Source: Bdellovibrionota bacterium (GTDB taxonomy: Bacteria; Bdellovibrionota_C; UBA2361; JBIKUX01). From it: a stretch of 64,000 nucleotides of DNA. Positions 49,795 through 59,745 of this stretch are shown piece by piece; the stretch's first letter is position 1, and every line of letters starts with the position of its first letter. The position numbers and the translations under genes were made by a program. Below the pieces are notes generated by a model that had not been told where the DNA came from, did no database searches, and saw only the letters and a list, made by a program, of their open reading frames with translations. The stretch is from positions 32,001 through 96,000 of the forward strand of contig JBIKUX010000007.1 of assembly GCA_044347345.1 (NCBI GenBank), read 5' to 3'.

Positions 49795-50838
49795 ATGTCT
49801 TCCTCACATTCATCTATCTTTCCAAACGCTACTACTGCCACCTTACCAAATCTGCCACTGTTAAACCTCGAGGTTACGGCAGTGCCAAAAAAGCCTCTAG
49901 CTTTACCAGCTTTTAAGGGCTCTTGGCTACGAGGTATTTTAGGAGTAGAGCTAAAGCGCTCAGTTTGCCTTTTTCCTGACCATATTTTATGCAATCAGTG
50001 TGAAGTAGTATCAAGTTGTGGCTTTCCTCTGCTCTATGGTGAGGGTGTTTCTGGTACTAATGGAGCTCCCCCACTTTATATAATCCGATTGAGCAAAACT
50101 GAGAGCAATTTTTCCACCGATAGAAATTGTTCTATCGAAACTCCCCTCAAATTTGGAATATCCCTTATAGGGCCAGCCACATCTTGGGCTCTTCAGATAG
50201 TCATCGCTTTAAAAAAGGCTCTTTTTGCTCGTCATATTAATTTGCAGTCAGTGATATCAGAAGACACTCTAATCTTTAGTTCAGATGGAGGCGGAGAGTG
50301 GAAATGGACACCTCCTACAATTCAATTTTTACCATTCCCTGAACTCATTCCCAATGCCTCTCATAAAACGATTAATACAGATAAAATTTCATCTGATGAA
50401 GGGCCACTGCAATATACCATTAATTTTATCTCTCCATTTCGAGTAAAAGCTAACGGCTCTTTAGTTAATGGTTCGAATCTTTCACTACCAATTTTGGTTT
50501 CAGCCATGGAGCGACGTCTGAGCACAACATGGAAGGTAGCAACTAACGTCACACCAGCTCGCGAACTTTTTAATGACATTAAGTTGGCTGCACAATCTGC
50601 AGTTCCAACTCTAAAATCACTCACCTGGCATGAAGAAAGACGTTTTAGTCATCGTCAAAAAACTGGTATGAATCTGGGAGGTATCTATGGCACGGTTAGT
50701 TATCTACTACCCTCACAAATTTTTAGTCAAGCATTTGACAACCTGTTTACAGTAGCCTCAAAACTGCATATCGGAAAACAAGTTTCCTTCGGTTTAGGTT
50801 CCTTTAGTTTTTCAAAAATAACTCATCTGATTGCCTGA
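49795..50838 (+). CDS. cas6: Stand-alone Cas6-family RAMP endoribonuclease
   Basis: FKGSWLRG…C-x6-C-x2-C-x5-C, PPLYII, FISPFRVK, RFSHRQ…MNLGG and G-rich loop HIGKQVSFGLG. Confidence 0.85.
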   Translation: MSSSHSSIFPNATTATLPNLPLLNLEVTAVPKKPLALPAFKGSWLRGILGVELKRSVCLFPDHILCNQCEVVSSCGFPLLYGEGVSGTNGAPPLYIIRLSKTESNFSTDRNCSIETPLKFGISLIGPATSWALQIVIALKKALFARHINLQSVISEDTLIFSSDGGGEWKWTPPTIQFLPFPELIPNASHKTINTDKISSDEGPLQYTINFISPFRVKANGSLVNGSNLSLPILVSAMERRLSTTWKVATNVTPARELFNDIKLAAQSAVPTLKSLTWHEERRFSHRQKTGMNLGGIYGTVSYLLPSQIFSQAFDNLFTVASKLHIGKQVSFGLGSFSFSKITHLIA

Positions 50839-50993
50839 TTGAAGCATAGTATTGCTTTAGAAAAAGATACTGAATAAAAAAGCTCCAAAAGAATTTTGGT
50901 AGCCAAGCTTTAATTTTTCATAACACTGATCTACGCCTCTACTATTTTAGTTCAAATTTATAATATTATAATAGAACTTTCGCTCCGCACCTC

Positions 50994-52430
50994 TTAGCTC
51001 AAATCTAGAGAATCAGCGACTAGAGAATCAGTTAATGGAGGACGCAGGAGCAACTTTCTTGCGGCTATTGCTGTTTCTGCCAAGGAAACATGAGTTCTGT
51101 GAAGGCGTCCAATCTGATTAAGATGGTCTGCTGTTTGAGATATAAGCCTTGATATATCTCCAGGAGCCGCTCCCGCTAACGTTATAAGGGATACAAACTC
51201 ATCCCAACTAGTAGAGTACATCCACTCCACCGCTGCTGTGGCAGCATCTGGAACAACTTTAAGCTCAACTGTAAGTGGACTATCATAGGCCGCTCTTACC
51301 TTGGCAACTATCTCCTCTAACTTACGTACTTCAGAAGAGCCTAAAGGACTTCGCTTAATGGAAAAATATTGCCTATGCGGATCAGCTGAAAGGGATGCAA
51401 CTATTGCCACCAATTTTTCAGAAGTGACTCCATCGACTAAACCAGCTTCAATTATCTCAGCAAGCTCAAGAACCAGACTAGTGCACAATTCAGCAGCCCA
51501 GAGTCCTTTAATTGTAAGATTACCATTCTCAATAAATTTTAGAGATTCAAGACCAACTAATGATTGCCTAAGCTGAGACAACTGTCGCCCCTCAAGTTGG
51601 TCAGCCTCTCTCTCAAGTCTCCTAGCTCTTTTCTCAATACGCTTTTTCTGGGTCTCTTTCAGAGACTCCCCACCATCTCCACTTTGCGAATAAATACTCA
51701 TTACTTCCTCACGCAAACCCTTGGCGGTTTTACGATCCAGAAAGGCTGCCAAACTACGGGCAACAGTGTAACTTAGATCATCTACATTTCGAAATTTTAA
51801 AAGATTTAACACCGTTGAAGGCGCAGCAAAATAAGCAGAGCTTAAGGGCTCGGGAGGGCGATTTGCCACCTCATGAATAACTCTAGCATCACAAAACAAA
51901 CTCGGAGCCACAAGACATAATCCCACCGCATCTTTACCTCTGCGACCGGCTCTACCTGCCATTTGCTGGAGCTCAGATGGAAGTAATACTCTAAATCCCT
52001 CGGAACCTCTCTTACTGTGAGAAGTAATCACAACACTTCGAGCTGGAAAATCTACGCCAGCTGCTACAGTTCCTGTAGCTATCAATAAACGGAGCAATCC
52101 TTGAGCCATGAGCTCTTCAAGCAACAAGCGCCACTGCAAAAGCTGCCCTGCATGATGAGCTCCTGCACCTGTTTGAACTAAAGCCGCATACTGTGGATGA
52201 GCTCTAATAACCTCAGCCATGAATTGATACTTAACAAGTACAGCATCTACTGCACGTTCAATCTTATCTTGATGTACCTGAGAAAGCTTTGTGGTCCGAC
52301 CTGAAGCAAGAAATTCTATATCTAAGTCACATTGCTTGCGGGCTGATCTAAAAAGAATAGCAGGAATAAGTGAATCTCGTTCTAATTGAGCAAGGATTAG
52401 ACGCACTGGATATTCGCGGAGAATTGTCAT
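50994..52430 (-). CDS. Ski2/HelY-like SF2 helicase, C-terminal half (RecA2 + helical domains)
   Basis: PAILF..RKQCD, HHAG, ATGTVAAGVDFPARSV, QMAGRAGRRG. Confidence 0.9.
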   Translation of the reverse strand: MTILREYPVRLILAQLERDSLIPAILFRSARKQCDLDIEFLASGRTTKLSQVHQDKIERAVDAVLVKYQFMAEVIRAHPQYAALVQTGAGAHHAGQLLQWRLLLEELMAQGLLRLLIATGTVAAGVDFPARSVVITSHSKRGSEGFRVLLPSELQQMAGRAGRRGKDAVGLCLVAPSLFCDARVIHEVANRPPEPLSSAYFAAPSTVLNLLKFRNVDDLSYTVARSLAAFLDRKTAKGLREEVMSIYSQSGDGGESLKETQKKRIEKRARRLEREADQLEGRQLSQLRQSLVGLESLKFIENGNLTIKGLWAAELCTSLVLELAEIIEAGLVDGVTSEKLVAIVASLSADPHRQYFSIKRSPLGSSEVRKLEEIVAKVRAAYDSPLTVELKVVPDAATAAVEWMYSTSWDEFVSLITLAGAAPGDISRLISQTADHLNQIGRLHRTHVSLAETAIAARKLLLRPPLTDSLVADSLDLS

Positions 52431-52444
52431 GGTGCTTTTGTACC

Positions 52445-53332
52445 TTATGATGAGCGGGTTCGATTTGGACGGTTTGAATCTCTGCGAGAACGTGCTTGAC
52501 CTTCTTTCTTACTGGAACTAAATCGACCATTATTTTGATTAGTATTTTTGATATTTTTTTTCTTAGCTATCAAGCTCCTACCCAGTGGCGGCCTTAGACG
52601 CATTCCGGTTTGATCTAGAGTAGCTCCTTGATAAAACTCTGCTACTTCAGAAAATATGGCGCCACCTGCATCACGTAAAGGTAAAACTCCGTAGTCTGGA
52701 TGCAAAAAACCGTAGCGTAATTCCACCGGTCGCACGGCTTTTGTTACAACTACACACTCCTTACCACGCACTTCACTTATCCATTCAGCAATTTCAATGT
52801 AGTTTGAAATTGACGCAGAAAGCATTAATAACGTTGAACTAAGTGGAGTAAGTATGATGCTCTCTTCCCATACTGGCCCCCGTTGCGCATCAGAAATATA
52901 ATGCACTTCATCGAGAACAACTAAACTATACCGCTCACCCACTCTATAAAGTTCATTACGATATATTTCGGTAGTCGCTACTACAACAGCCGCATCTCCT
53001 TCAATCTTTCTGTCACCTGTTAACAATCCTACCGGATACTCTGGCTCAAATTTAGCCTTTAATTCATTAAATTTAGTATTTGAAAGAGCCTTTAAAGGTG
53101 TGGTATAGACTGCTGAACTCTTTTGAGCCAAAGTGGTTTTGATTGCCTCAAGCGCAATAAATGTTTTACCAGAGCCCGTAGGCGCTACTACCAAGACGTC
53201 TTTTTTCTCTCCAACGGCAGCTATTGCCTCTCTCTGAAAATCATCTACAACAAAAAGCTCGCCTTCAGGAGTACCTATTCCACTTAAAAAATTTGCTCTA
53301 GCATTTTCGATACGACGCAGTTTATTCCCCAC
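52445..53332 (-). CDS. Ski2/HelY-like SF2 helicase, N-terminal half (RecA1)
   Basis: DDFQ, APTGSGKT, TPLKALSN, GLLTGD, TTEI, DEVH, LSAS, RPVEL. Confidence 0.92.
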   Translation of the reverse strand: MGNKLRRIENARANFLSGIGTPEGELFVVDDFQREAIAAVGEKKDVLVVAPTGSGKTFIALEAIKTTLAQKSSAVYTTPLKALSNTKFNELKAKFEPEYPVGLLTGDRKIEGDAAVVVATTEIYRNELYRVGERYSLVVLDEVHYISDAQRGPVWEESIILTPLSSTLLMLSASISNYIEIAEWISEVRGKECVVVTKAVRPVELRYGFLHPDYGVLPLRDAGGAIFSEVAEFYQGATLDQTGMRLRPPLGRSLIAKKKNIKNTNQNNGRFSSSKKEGQARSRRDSNRPNRTRSS

Positions 53333-53354
53333 AAAATATCCACTTAACCTGTTT

Positions 53355-54170
53355 TTATCTCACCTCAGATGTGTTTAGTAAATCAAACCGACACTGAACA
53401 AATGTGCTCAATTCCTTAAAATGATCACTATCATTTTCAAACGACACCCTTACAGAATTATTTTTACCTCTCGCTCGCATCTCAGCAAGTGTACCCGACC
53501 AACTTATCCTTCCATTAAAAAGGGCAAGAACTGTTCCCACAGTAGGCAAAAGTCGTCTCAAATCATGACTAACTAAAATCACGGTGCTATTATACTCTTT
53601 CTGCAGCTCAACTATTAGGCTCATAATTACACTACTAGCTACAGGATCTAGTCCGCTAGTTGGATCATCAAGCAAAAGAAGTGATGGATGGTTCACTAAA
53701 GCCCGAGCTAACGATACGCGTCGCCTCATTCCTCCGCTTAGCTCTCCCGGCATTTTCGCCCACGCCCAGTCTAAACCAACTCTAGCGAGAATAGCTATGC
53801 TACGTTCTCGAGCTTCATCTTGCTCATTCGCGGCAAGACGGTCAATTGGAACTCTTCCACTCACTAAAGGAAAAGCTACATTGTCTAAAACTGAGAAAGA
53901 ATCAAACAAAGCTCCCTCTTGAAACATCAAACTTACTGATATTGACCCATCTTGCCTACCTACATTTGGATAGCCATAGATGTTTCCACCTGATAACGGA
54001 TAAATACCAGCTAAAGTTTTCAGAAATAAGCTTTTTCCTCCACCACTGGGTCCGATGAGGCCAGCTAAAGTTCCGTGAGGCAAAACAAAAGACAACCCAT
54101 CCAGTACTATTCGTCCATTAGCTTCCACTAGCAGATTATCAACTATTAAAGATTCCTGTTTTTCAAACAT
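53355..54170 (-). CDS. ABC transporter ATPase, MlaF/Mkl-like
   Basis: GPSGGGKS, FQEGALFDS, ELSGGMRRRV, LLDDPTSGLDP, SHD. Confidence 0.85.
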   Translation of the reverse strand: MFEKQESLIVDNLLVEANGRIVLDGLSFVLPHGTLAGLIGPSGGGKSLFLKTLAGIYPLSGGNIYGYPNVGRQDGSISVSLMFQEGALFDSFSVLDNVAFPLVSGRVPIDRLAANEQDEARERSIAILARVGLDWAWAKMPGELSGGMRRRVSLARALVNHPSLLLLDDPTSGLDPVASSVIMSLIVELQKEYNSTVILVSHDLRRLLPTVGTVLALFNGRISWSGTLAEMRARGKNNSVRVSFENDSDHFKELSTFVQCRFDLLNTSEVR

Positions 54171-54195
54171 ACTATGACAATTGTTTCTAGTTGCA

Positions 54196-55233
54196 CTATT
54201 TCGCAAACATTGATAGGTGACTCGCTTCGCATCTATTAAGTCTAGCTTCACTCAGAATAACCTTTTGCTCGTCTAATGATCGGGCTCTGCAAATCGGAAC
54301 TGCCCATATTTCTCCAGTGCCCATTTGAGCTGCAAGTTGCTTTATCTTCCCCGGAATGGCAGTTGGTGGCAGATACTCTTCTAGTAGTTCTACATATCTC
54401 TCCATCGTAGATAGCTTCCAGTCATATGGGCGATTAAAGGATGAAGATGAGGTGATTCTTTTGAATATATATGGATCATTCATAGCTGCTCTTCCGATAT
54501 AAAGCCCTGCTATCTTGTTACGAGCTCCATCCTCATCATGCAAAGCTAAATAAGCCGAAGCAGCATCTACAATATCTCCACTACCACAAACTGGTATTGA
54601 AACTGAATTAGCCACTTCACGCACAATACCCCAATCAGCCCGACCACGATAAAGTTCAACCCGAGTACGACCATGAACTGTAATCCCGTCAACCCCCTCT
54701 CCTTCGCAGATGTGAGCTATTTCCACGGCATTTTTTACATTACTATCCCAACCAGAGCGCATTTTTAAAGTGAGTGGAATAGAGACTGCTTTACGAACTG
54801 AGCGAAGTATTTCCTGAAGATGTTGTGGTTGTCTCATCAATTCACATCCCCCTCCACGTTTAACCACTTTCGGAGCCGGGCAACCACAATTAATGTCTAA
54901 TATATCCGCACCACTATCCTGAACTAAGCGGGCCGCTTCTGTCATACGATAAATATCATAGCCAAATATCTGCACAGCAAAGGGAGCTTCATCACTGAAT
55001 CTGGCTATCATATCCATGGTACGATGATTGCCACGAGTCATTCCTTCAACTGATACAAACTCAGAAACCGTTAACCCCAAACAATTCATTAATCCTGATC
55101 CAACGGCGCTACATTCTGAGATCAGTTGGCGAAATGCTCTAGTAGTAACGCCACTCATGGGCGCTAAAACCAACCCTGAAGAGATAGTTAATTTACCTAA
55201 GCTAAACGAGGGTAATGACGACACTATATGCAT
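54196..55233 (-). CDS. dusB: tRNA-dihydrouridine synthase (DusB-like)
   Basis: LAPMSGVT, DINCGCP, KMRSGWD, VHGRT, GDI. Confidence 0.9.
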   Translation of the reverse strand: MHIVSSLPSFSLGKLTISSGLVLAPMSGVTTRAFRQLISECSAVGSGLMNCLGLTVSEFVSVEGMTRGNHRTMDMIARFSDEAPFAVQIFGYDIYRMTEAARLVQDSGADILDINCGCPAPKVVKRGGGCELMRQPQHLQEILRSVRKAVSIPLTLKMRSGWDSNVKNAVEIAHICEGEGVDGITVHGRTRVELYRGRADWGIVREVANSVSIPVCGSGDIVDAASAYLALHDEDGARNKIAGLYIGRAAMNDPYIFKRITSSSSFNRPYDWKLSTMERYVELLEEYLPPTAIPGKIKQLAAQMGTGEIWAVPICRARSLDEQKVILSEARLNRCEASHLSMFAK

Positions 55234-55251
55234 AAATACGAGCTATCTAAC

Positions 55252-57045
55252 CTAACTTTCCATTTTTGTATCTTGAATTATAGAAGTGGCAGCAAGAATA
55301 GCTTTTTTAATGGCCGAGCTTAGATCGCGAATTGTAAAAGGCTTACGAAGAAAAAAAGTAGCACGATGAGTTAGTAAATCATCAACTGTTTCTGGAACCC
55401 ACATGCCACTGATAACTATAACTGGCATCTCTGGGAACCTCTTACGAACCTCTCTTACAACTAAATCTCCACCTAAATAAGGCATAACGATGTCTACCAT
55501 AGCCAAAAGGAACGGACTTTGACGAGACTTTAGTTTCTCTAAAGCTTCTTCACCAGAAGCTGCGGACTCTACCGAATACCCAAGATGACGCAGGCTCATT
55601 GCTATGGCATTTCGAACTAACTCTTCATCATCTACAACTAAAATAGTTTTATCTGAATCAAATGTTGAATATGCTTGAGTTTGTGATTGAGTTTGAGGGC
55701 TGTCATAAATTTTCTGAGGATTACCAGCATCTATAACATTAGACTGCTTCAAATTTTCGCTCAATGCGTCACTAGTAACTTTACGAGCTAAGAATACCGT
55801 AACTGTTGTGCCAACTGATTCTTTAGATTCAACTTCTACTAACCCACCAAATCTGGTAACTATCGACCAAACGGTCGATAAACCCAGACCTATTCCTCGT
55901 CCAGCCTTCGTGGAAAAAAATGGCCGAAAGATAAACTTCTTCACATCACTCGGGATACCACATCCTTTATCGGTAATGCGCAGCATAACACAGGATTCGC
56001 TTCCCACAGATTGTTGTTTTAACTTGCCTCCGTTTACCTCCTTAAGCTCTATGCCAATTTCACCACTCTCCCCAAGTGCATCGCGTGCATTTATTACGAG
56101 ATTTACGATAACTTGCGAAAGAGGTCCCTCGGAGCCCAACACAAGACACTCTTCATCGGTAACATCTAAATTTAAACTAAAGTTTGGAGATAAAGCTCCG
56201 CGAAGCAACTTGCAGGTACTTAAAACCACATCTCTTAGAGAAATTTGGGAAACCTCATCTTCTTCCTTTTTTGCAAAAGCCAGAATTTGTCGAGTGATCT
56301 GAGCTGATTTCTTTGCCCCCTGTTCAATAGCATCTATTGATTCAATATGAGTACCAGTTCTAGGGAGTATCGACTTAAGAAAAGAAACATGGCCTAAAAT
56401 ACCAGTAAGCATATTATTAAAATCATGCGCTACTCCTCCTGCAAGGATGCCCAGTGTCTCAAGCCTTTGTGGATGCAAATGGGTATCCTGCATTCTAAAG
56501 GTATCGCTGATAATTTTATGCGAAAATTCTGGGCTCAAAGATTTACCATAATCAGGAGGGATAGTGGGATGTACACTATGTAAAACTAATCCTTTTATAC
56601 CGTCGATAAACTTAAGTTCTTCAACTCGCGCAACCAAACCCAAACCCAAACCCAAACCCAAACCCAAACCCTGACCGCGACCCTGAGCCAGCTCATTCTG
56701 CGAAGACGCGCTGTTCGGACTCTGATAACAGAGACGCATTAGCTGTAACTCACCACCCGATAAAATTCTGCAAGAAGAGTCATCAGCAAATAAATCATCA
56801 CACAACAAATGATCCGAGACGGCCAAACGGTGATCGATTAAGGTACAAGAAATAGTAGCTCCTACTATTTCTTGTACCTCACCGCTATCTTCATCTGCAT
56901 TCTGACCTAGTAACAATTTTTCAGCTTGCTTATTTACATAAAGGCATACTCCAGCGGTATCAAGAAAGATTATTGGCAAAGAAATAGAGTGAATAACATG
57001 TTGGAAAAGAGGTAACATGTACACATAATCTAGCTGAAAGGTCAT
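55252..57045 (-). CDS. Hybrid sensor histidine kinase (PAS-like, HisKA, HATPase, REC)
   Basis: GGVAHDFNN, NLVINARDA, DKGCGI, FFSTK..GIGLGL, VVDDE…DIVMP…KPF. Confidence 0.93.
   Translation of the reverse strand: MTFQLDYVYMLPLFQHVIHSISLPIIFLDTAGVCLYVNKQAEKLLLGQNADEDSGEVQEIVGATISCTLIDHRLAVSDHLLCDDLFADDSSCRILSGGELQLMRLCYQSPNSASSQNELAQGRGQGLGLGLGLGLGLVARVEELKFIDGIKGLVLHSVHPTIPPDYGKSLSPEFSHKIISDTFRMQDTHLHPQRLETLGILAGGVAHDFNNMLTGILGHVSFLKSILPRTGTHIESIDAIEQGAKKSAQITRQILAFAKKEEDEVSQISLRDVVLSTCKLLRGALSPNFSLNLDVTDEECLVLGSEGPLSQVIVNLVINARDALGESGEIGIELKEVNGGKLKQQSVGSESCVMLRITDKGCGIPSDVKKFIFRPFFSTKAGRGIGLGLSTVWSIVTRFGGLVEVESKESVGTTVTVFLARKVTSDALSENLKQSNVIDAGNPQKIYDSPQTQSQTQAYSTFDSDKTILVVDDEELVRNAIAMSLRHLGYSVESAASGEEALEKLKSRQSPFLLAMVDIVMPYLGGDLVVREVRKRFPEMPVIVISGMWVPETVDDLLTHRATFFLRKPFTIRDLSSAIKKAILAATSIIQDTKMES
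56634..56671. repeat. (CCAAAC)6 hexamer repeat encoding poly-(GL) in the kinase sensor region
   Basis: Read directly; protein reads GLGLGLGLGLGL. Confidence 0.95.
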
Positions 57046-57605
57046 CTATGCAACCTTACATAACTATTAATTTGTCTTAAATTGTCCTAAAAATAAAAAA
57101 ATTGAACTCACAGTAATTTTTTCAATTGAAGATCCACTAGTACACATAAGTACGAAAAAAATCCTATCTAGCCCAATTAAAAAATTTACTGCACCATCAT
57201 TGTGGTAGGGCTCTTAGTTTTAGGTAATTGTGGCATTATTTAAAACTATTTATCGTTATTCATAACACCGTGATGGGATTTTGTGTAGTCGGTGAATCGT
57301 TATAGAAAGAGGAGAATCCTAACGAGAGAGTAGTTGAATAAAAGCAGTGGAAGTATAAGAGGTAACAGCACAAAACAGTGCTTACAAAAGATTACTTAAA
57401 AAATTTCGAGGCAACGCTTCGAACAAAAATCAGCTATCCAGCTGATTTGGCAGTAAAGGGTTTGAATAAAAAGACTTAAAAAAAGGAGTGGGTTGATAAC
57501 AAAGAACTGCTGATTAAAAATTATTAAGTTATTAAAATTGTTAGCAAATCTTAGTTTCAATGCCGTTTATAATGTAAAGGGTTTCACTTTAAAAGGGGAA
57601 ATGCA

Positions 57606-57974
57606 ATGTCCCAGAAGTTAAAAGGTACCGTTAAGTGGTTTAACGATGCTAAGGGTTATGGATTTATCGAACACAGTACTGGAAGAGATGTCTTTGTGCA
57701 TTTCAGTGTCATCGAAGGTGAGGGGTATAAAACCTTAAAGGATGGTGAACCAGTTGAATACGATATCGTAGAGGGTGAAAAAGGGTTACATGCAAAAAGT
57801 GTTCGCCGCTTGAATCCTCCTCTAAAAAAGGTAGCTAGCTCTCTAAACATTGAAGTGACAGTTTCAGAGGACAATGAATTATTCTCTAATCTACCAAAAT
57901 CAGAATCGAGCGATATCATCATTAGTTCCTATCCTACAATAAAATCGGATTCATTATCTTCCAGCGGAGAATAG
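57606..57974 (+). CDS. Cold-shock domain protein with a C-terminal extension
   Basis: [22 protein letters not shown]; Ser-rich tail of about 50 aa. Confidence 0.93.
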   Translation: MSQKLKGTVKWFNDAKGYGFIEHSTGRDVFVHFSVIEGEGYKTLKDGEPVEYDIVEGEKGLHAKSVRRLNPPLKKVASSLNIEVTVSEDNELFSNLPKSESSDIIISSYPTIKSDSLSSSGE

Positions 57975-58126
57975 CACTCTTCGGAAAAATCTTGATGACC
58001 AAAACTACTGTAAGAGAACACAAGTAAGGGACTAGAATTTTACTGGTGAAAAACTCACGGAAGAGCTTTACCCCTAGCCCTTCTAAAACAGATTATCTTA
58101 CAAACTACACTGGGCATTAACACTTT

Positions 58127-59230
58127 TTAGACTTGTGCTTCTAGAAAAGGTAAATTAGTAGGCCGTTTTTGTCTAATTTCTTTAGTTGCAAGCTGGCCAC
58201 AAGCTGCATCGATATCTGGACCTTTAGACCATCTGATAGTTGTACGAATACCAGACTCGCTCAGTTTTCTTAACCAACAGTGCGCCCATTCTTCAGTGGG
58301 GGGAGAGAAACCAAGGCCAGCGTTACTGTTATAAGGAATAAGATTAATCTTTGCCGCAATTCCTTTCAAAAGTTTAGGTAACCTCTGTAAATCTTGTGGA
58401 GTGTCGTTAACACCCGATAACATTACATATTCCACAGTTACCTGATTTTTGTTCTTTTTTGCCCCCAAATAGCTAGGCCAACCAGTCCTAAGCGTTTCTA
58501 ACAGACTATTTAGCGGATACTTCCTGTTTACCGGCATAATGGCGCTACGAACTTCGTCAGTAGTAGCATTAAGGGATACAGCGAGACTAGCCGGTACTTC
58601 TGTTCTAAATTTTACTATTGCTGGCACTAATCCGACTGTTGATATCGTTATTTTTCTAGGAGAGATGCGAAAACCGTATTCACTGGTCAATATTTTAGTA
58701 GCACGAGCTACATTATCAAAATTATGCAGAGGTTCTCCCATTCCCATAAAGACCATATTGGAAAAAGAGGCACCGTATTGAGCCGCATCTGACATAACCA
58801 ATCGAACCTGAGCTAAGATTTCACTGGTATCTAGATGTCTTATAAAACCCATCGTACCTGTGCGACAAAAACTACATGCCATGCCACACCCTACCTGGGA
58901 AGATACACACAGAGTGTATCTATTAGGCTGTTTTATAAGAACGGTTTCTACCTTTTGGCCATTGGGAAGCTTTATTAAGTATTTTCGAGTACCATCCGAA
59001 GAGTCGACTCGCTGTTCAACGGTGGCATCAAGAAAAACAAATCTCTCATCGATGAAATCTCGCAACGAGCGAGCGATATTACTCATCGCTCCAACATCAG
59101 TTACACTCTTCCTGTAAACCCATTCAAAAAGTTGTACAGCTCTAAACTCTGGTTCACCACGCTCTTTTGCCAGTAGCGAGGTGAGCTCTGGAAGGGAGAA
59201 AGAGAAAAAATTTAACTTATCGCCACTCAC
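58127..59230 (-). CDS. rlmN: 23S rRNA m2A2503/tRNA methyltransferase RlmN
   Basis: CVSSQVGCGMACSFC, MGMGEP, AACGQL. Confidence 0.96.
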   Translation of the reverse strand: MSGDKLNFFSFSLPELTSLLAKERGEPEFRAVQLFEWVYRKSVTDVGAMSNIARSLRDFIDERFVFLDATVEQRVDSSDGTRKYLIKLPNGQKVETVLIKQPNRYTLCVSSQVGCGMACSFCRTGTMGFIRHLDTSEILAQVRLVMSDAAQYGASFSNMVFMGMGEPLHNFDNVARATKILTSEYGFRISPRKITISTVGLVPAIVKFRTEVPASLAVSLNATTDEVRSAIMPVNRKYPLNSLLETLRTGWPSYLGAKKNKNQVTVEYVMLSGVNDTPQDLQRLPKLLKGIAAKINLIPYNSNAGLGFSPPTEEWAHCWLRKLSESGIRTTIRWSKGPDIDAACGQLATKEIRQKRPTNLPFLEAQV

Positions 59231-59278
59231 ATCAAATCAATTGAAATTATAATTTCAAAAATCTTTGCTTAATAAAAA

Positions 59279-59692
59279 TTACCGTGCTAACTCGGGAAAG
59301 AAGAATGCTACCTCATCAGCCGCTGTCTCCTTACTATCTGACCCATGAACGGAGTTTTCACCGATGCTAAGAGCAAAGTCCCTACGAATAGTACCTGCCT
59401 GAGCTTTAGCTGGATCAGTTGCTCCCATAATTTCGCGATTTTTTAAAACTGCCCCTTCTCCCTCCAGTACTGAGACAAACACAGGTCCACTTATCATAAA
59501 TGAAACTAGCTCTTCAAAAAATGGTCTTTCCTTGTGCACAGCATAAAACTGCTCAGCCGACTCTCGACTTAAAGTGACTAATTTGGCTGCTACTAGAACG
59601 AGCCCCGCGTCTTCAAATTTTTGGATTATTTTCCCGATAATATTTCTTTTAGTTGCATCGGGCTTAATTATTGAAAGAGTTCGCTCTACCAT
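59279..59692 (-). CDS. ndk: Nucleoside diphosphate kinase
   Basis: [22 protein letters not shown]. Confidence 0.97.
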   Translation of the reverse strand: MVERTLSIIKPDATKRNIIGKIIQKFEDAGLVLVAAKLVTLSRESAEQFYAVHKERPFFEELVSFMISGPVFVSVLEGEGAVLKNREIMGATDPAKAQAGTIRRDFALSIGENSVHGSDSKETAADEVAFFFPELAR

Positions 59693-59745
59693 TGTTATGA
59701 TCCTTCTAATACTTGTTTTCTGATTCTCTTTTCTAGTTCTTTTCT

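Noticed and set aside
49666-50993. CRISPR array beside cas6
   Set aside because: Both flanks are short and contain no repeated 25-40-bp units; no repeat-spacer pattern was seen anywhere in the window.
52554-52561. Programmed frameshift at A8 joining the helicase halves
   Set aside because: The downstream gene's frame contains a TAA between the A-run and its start.
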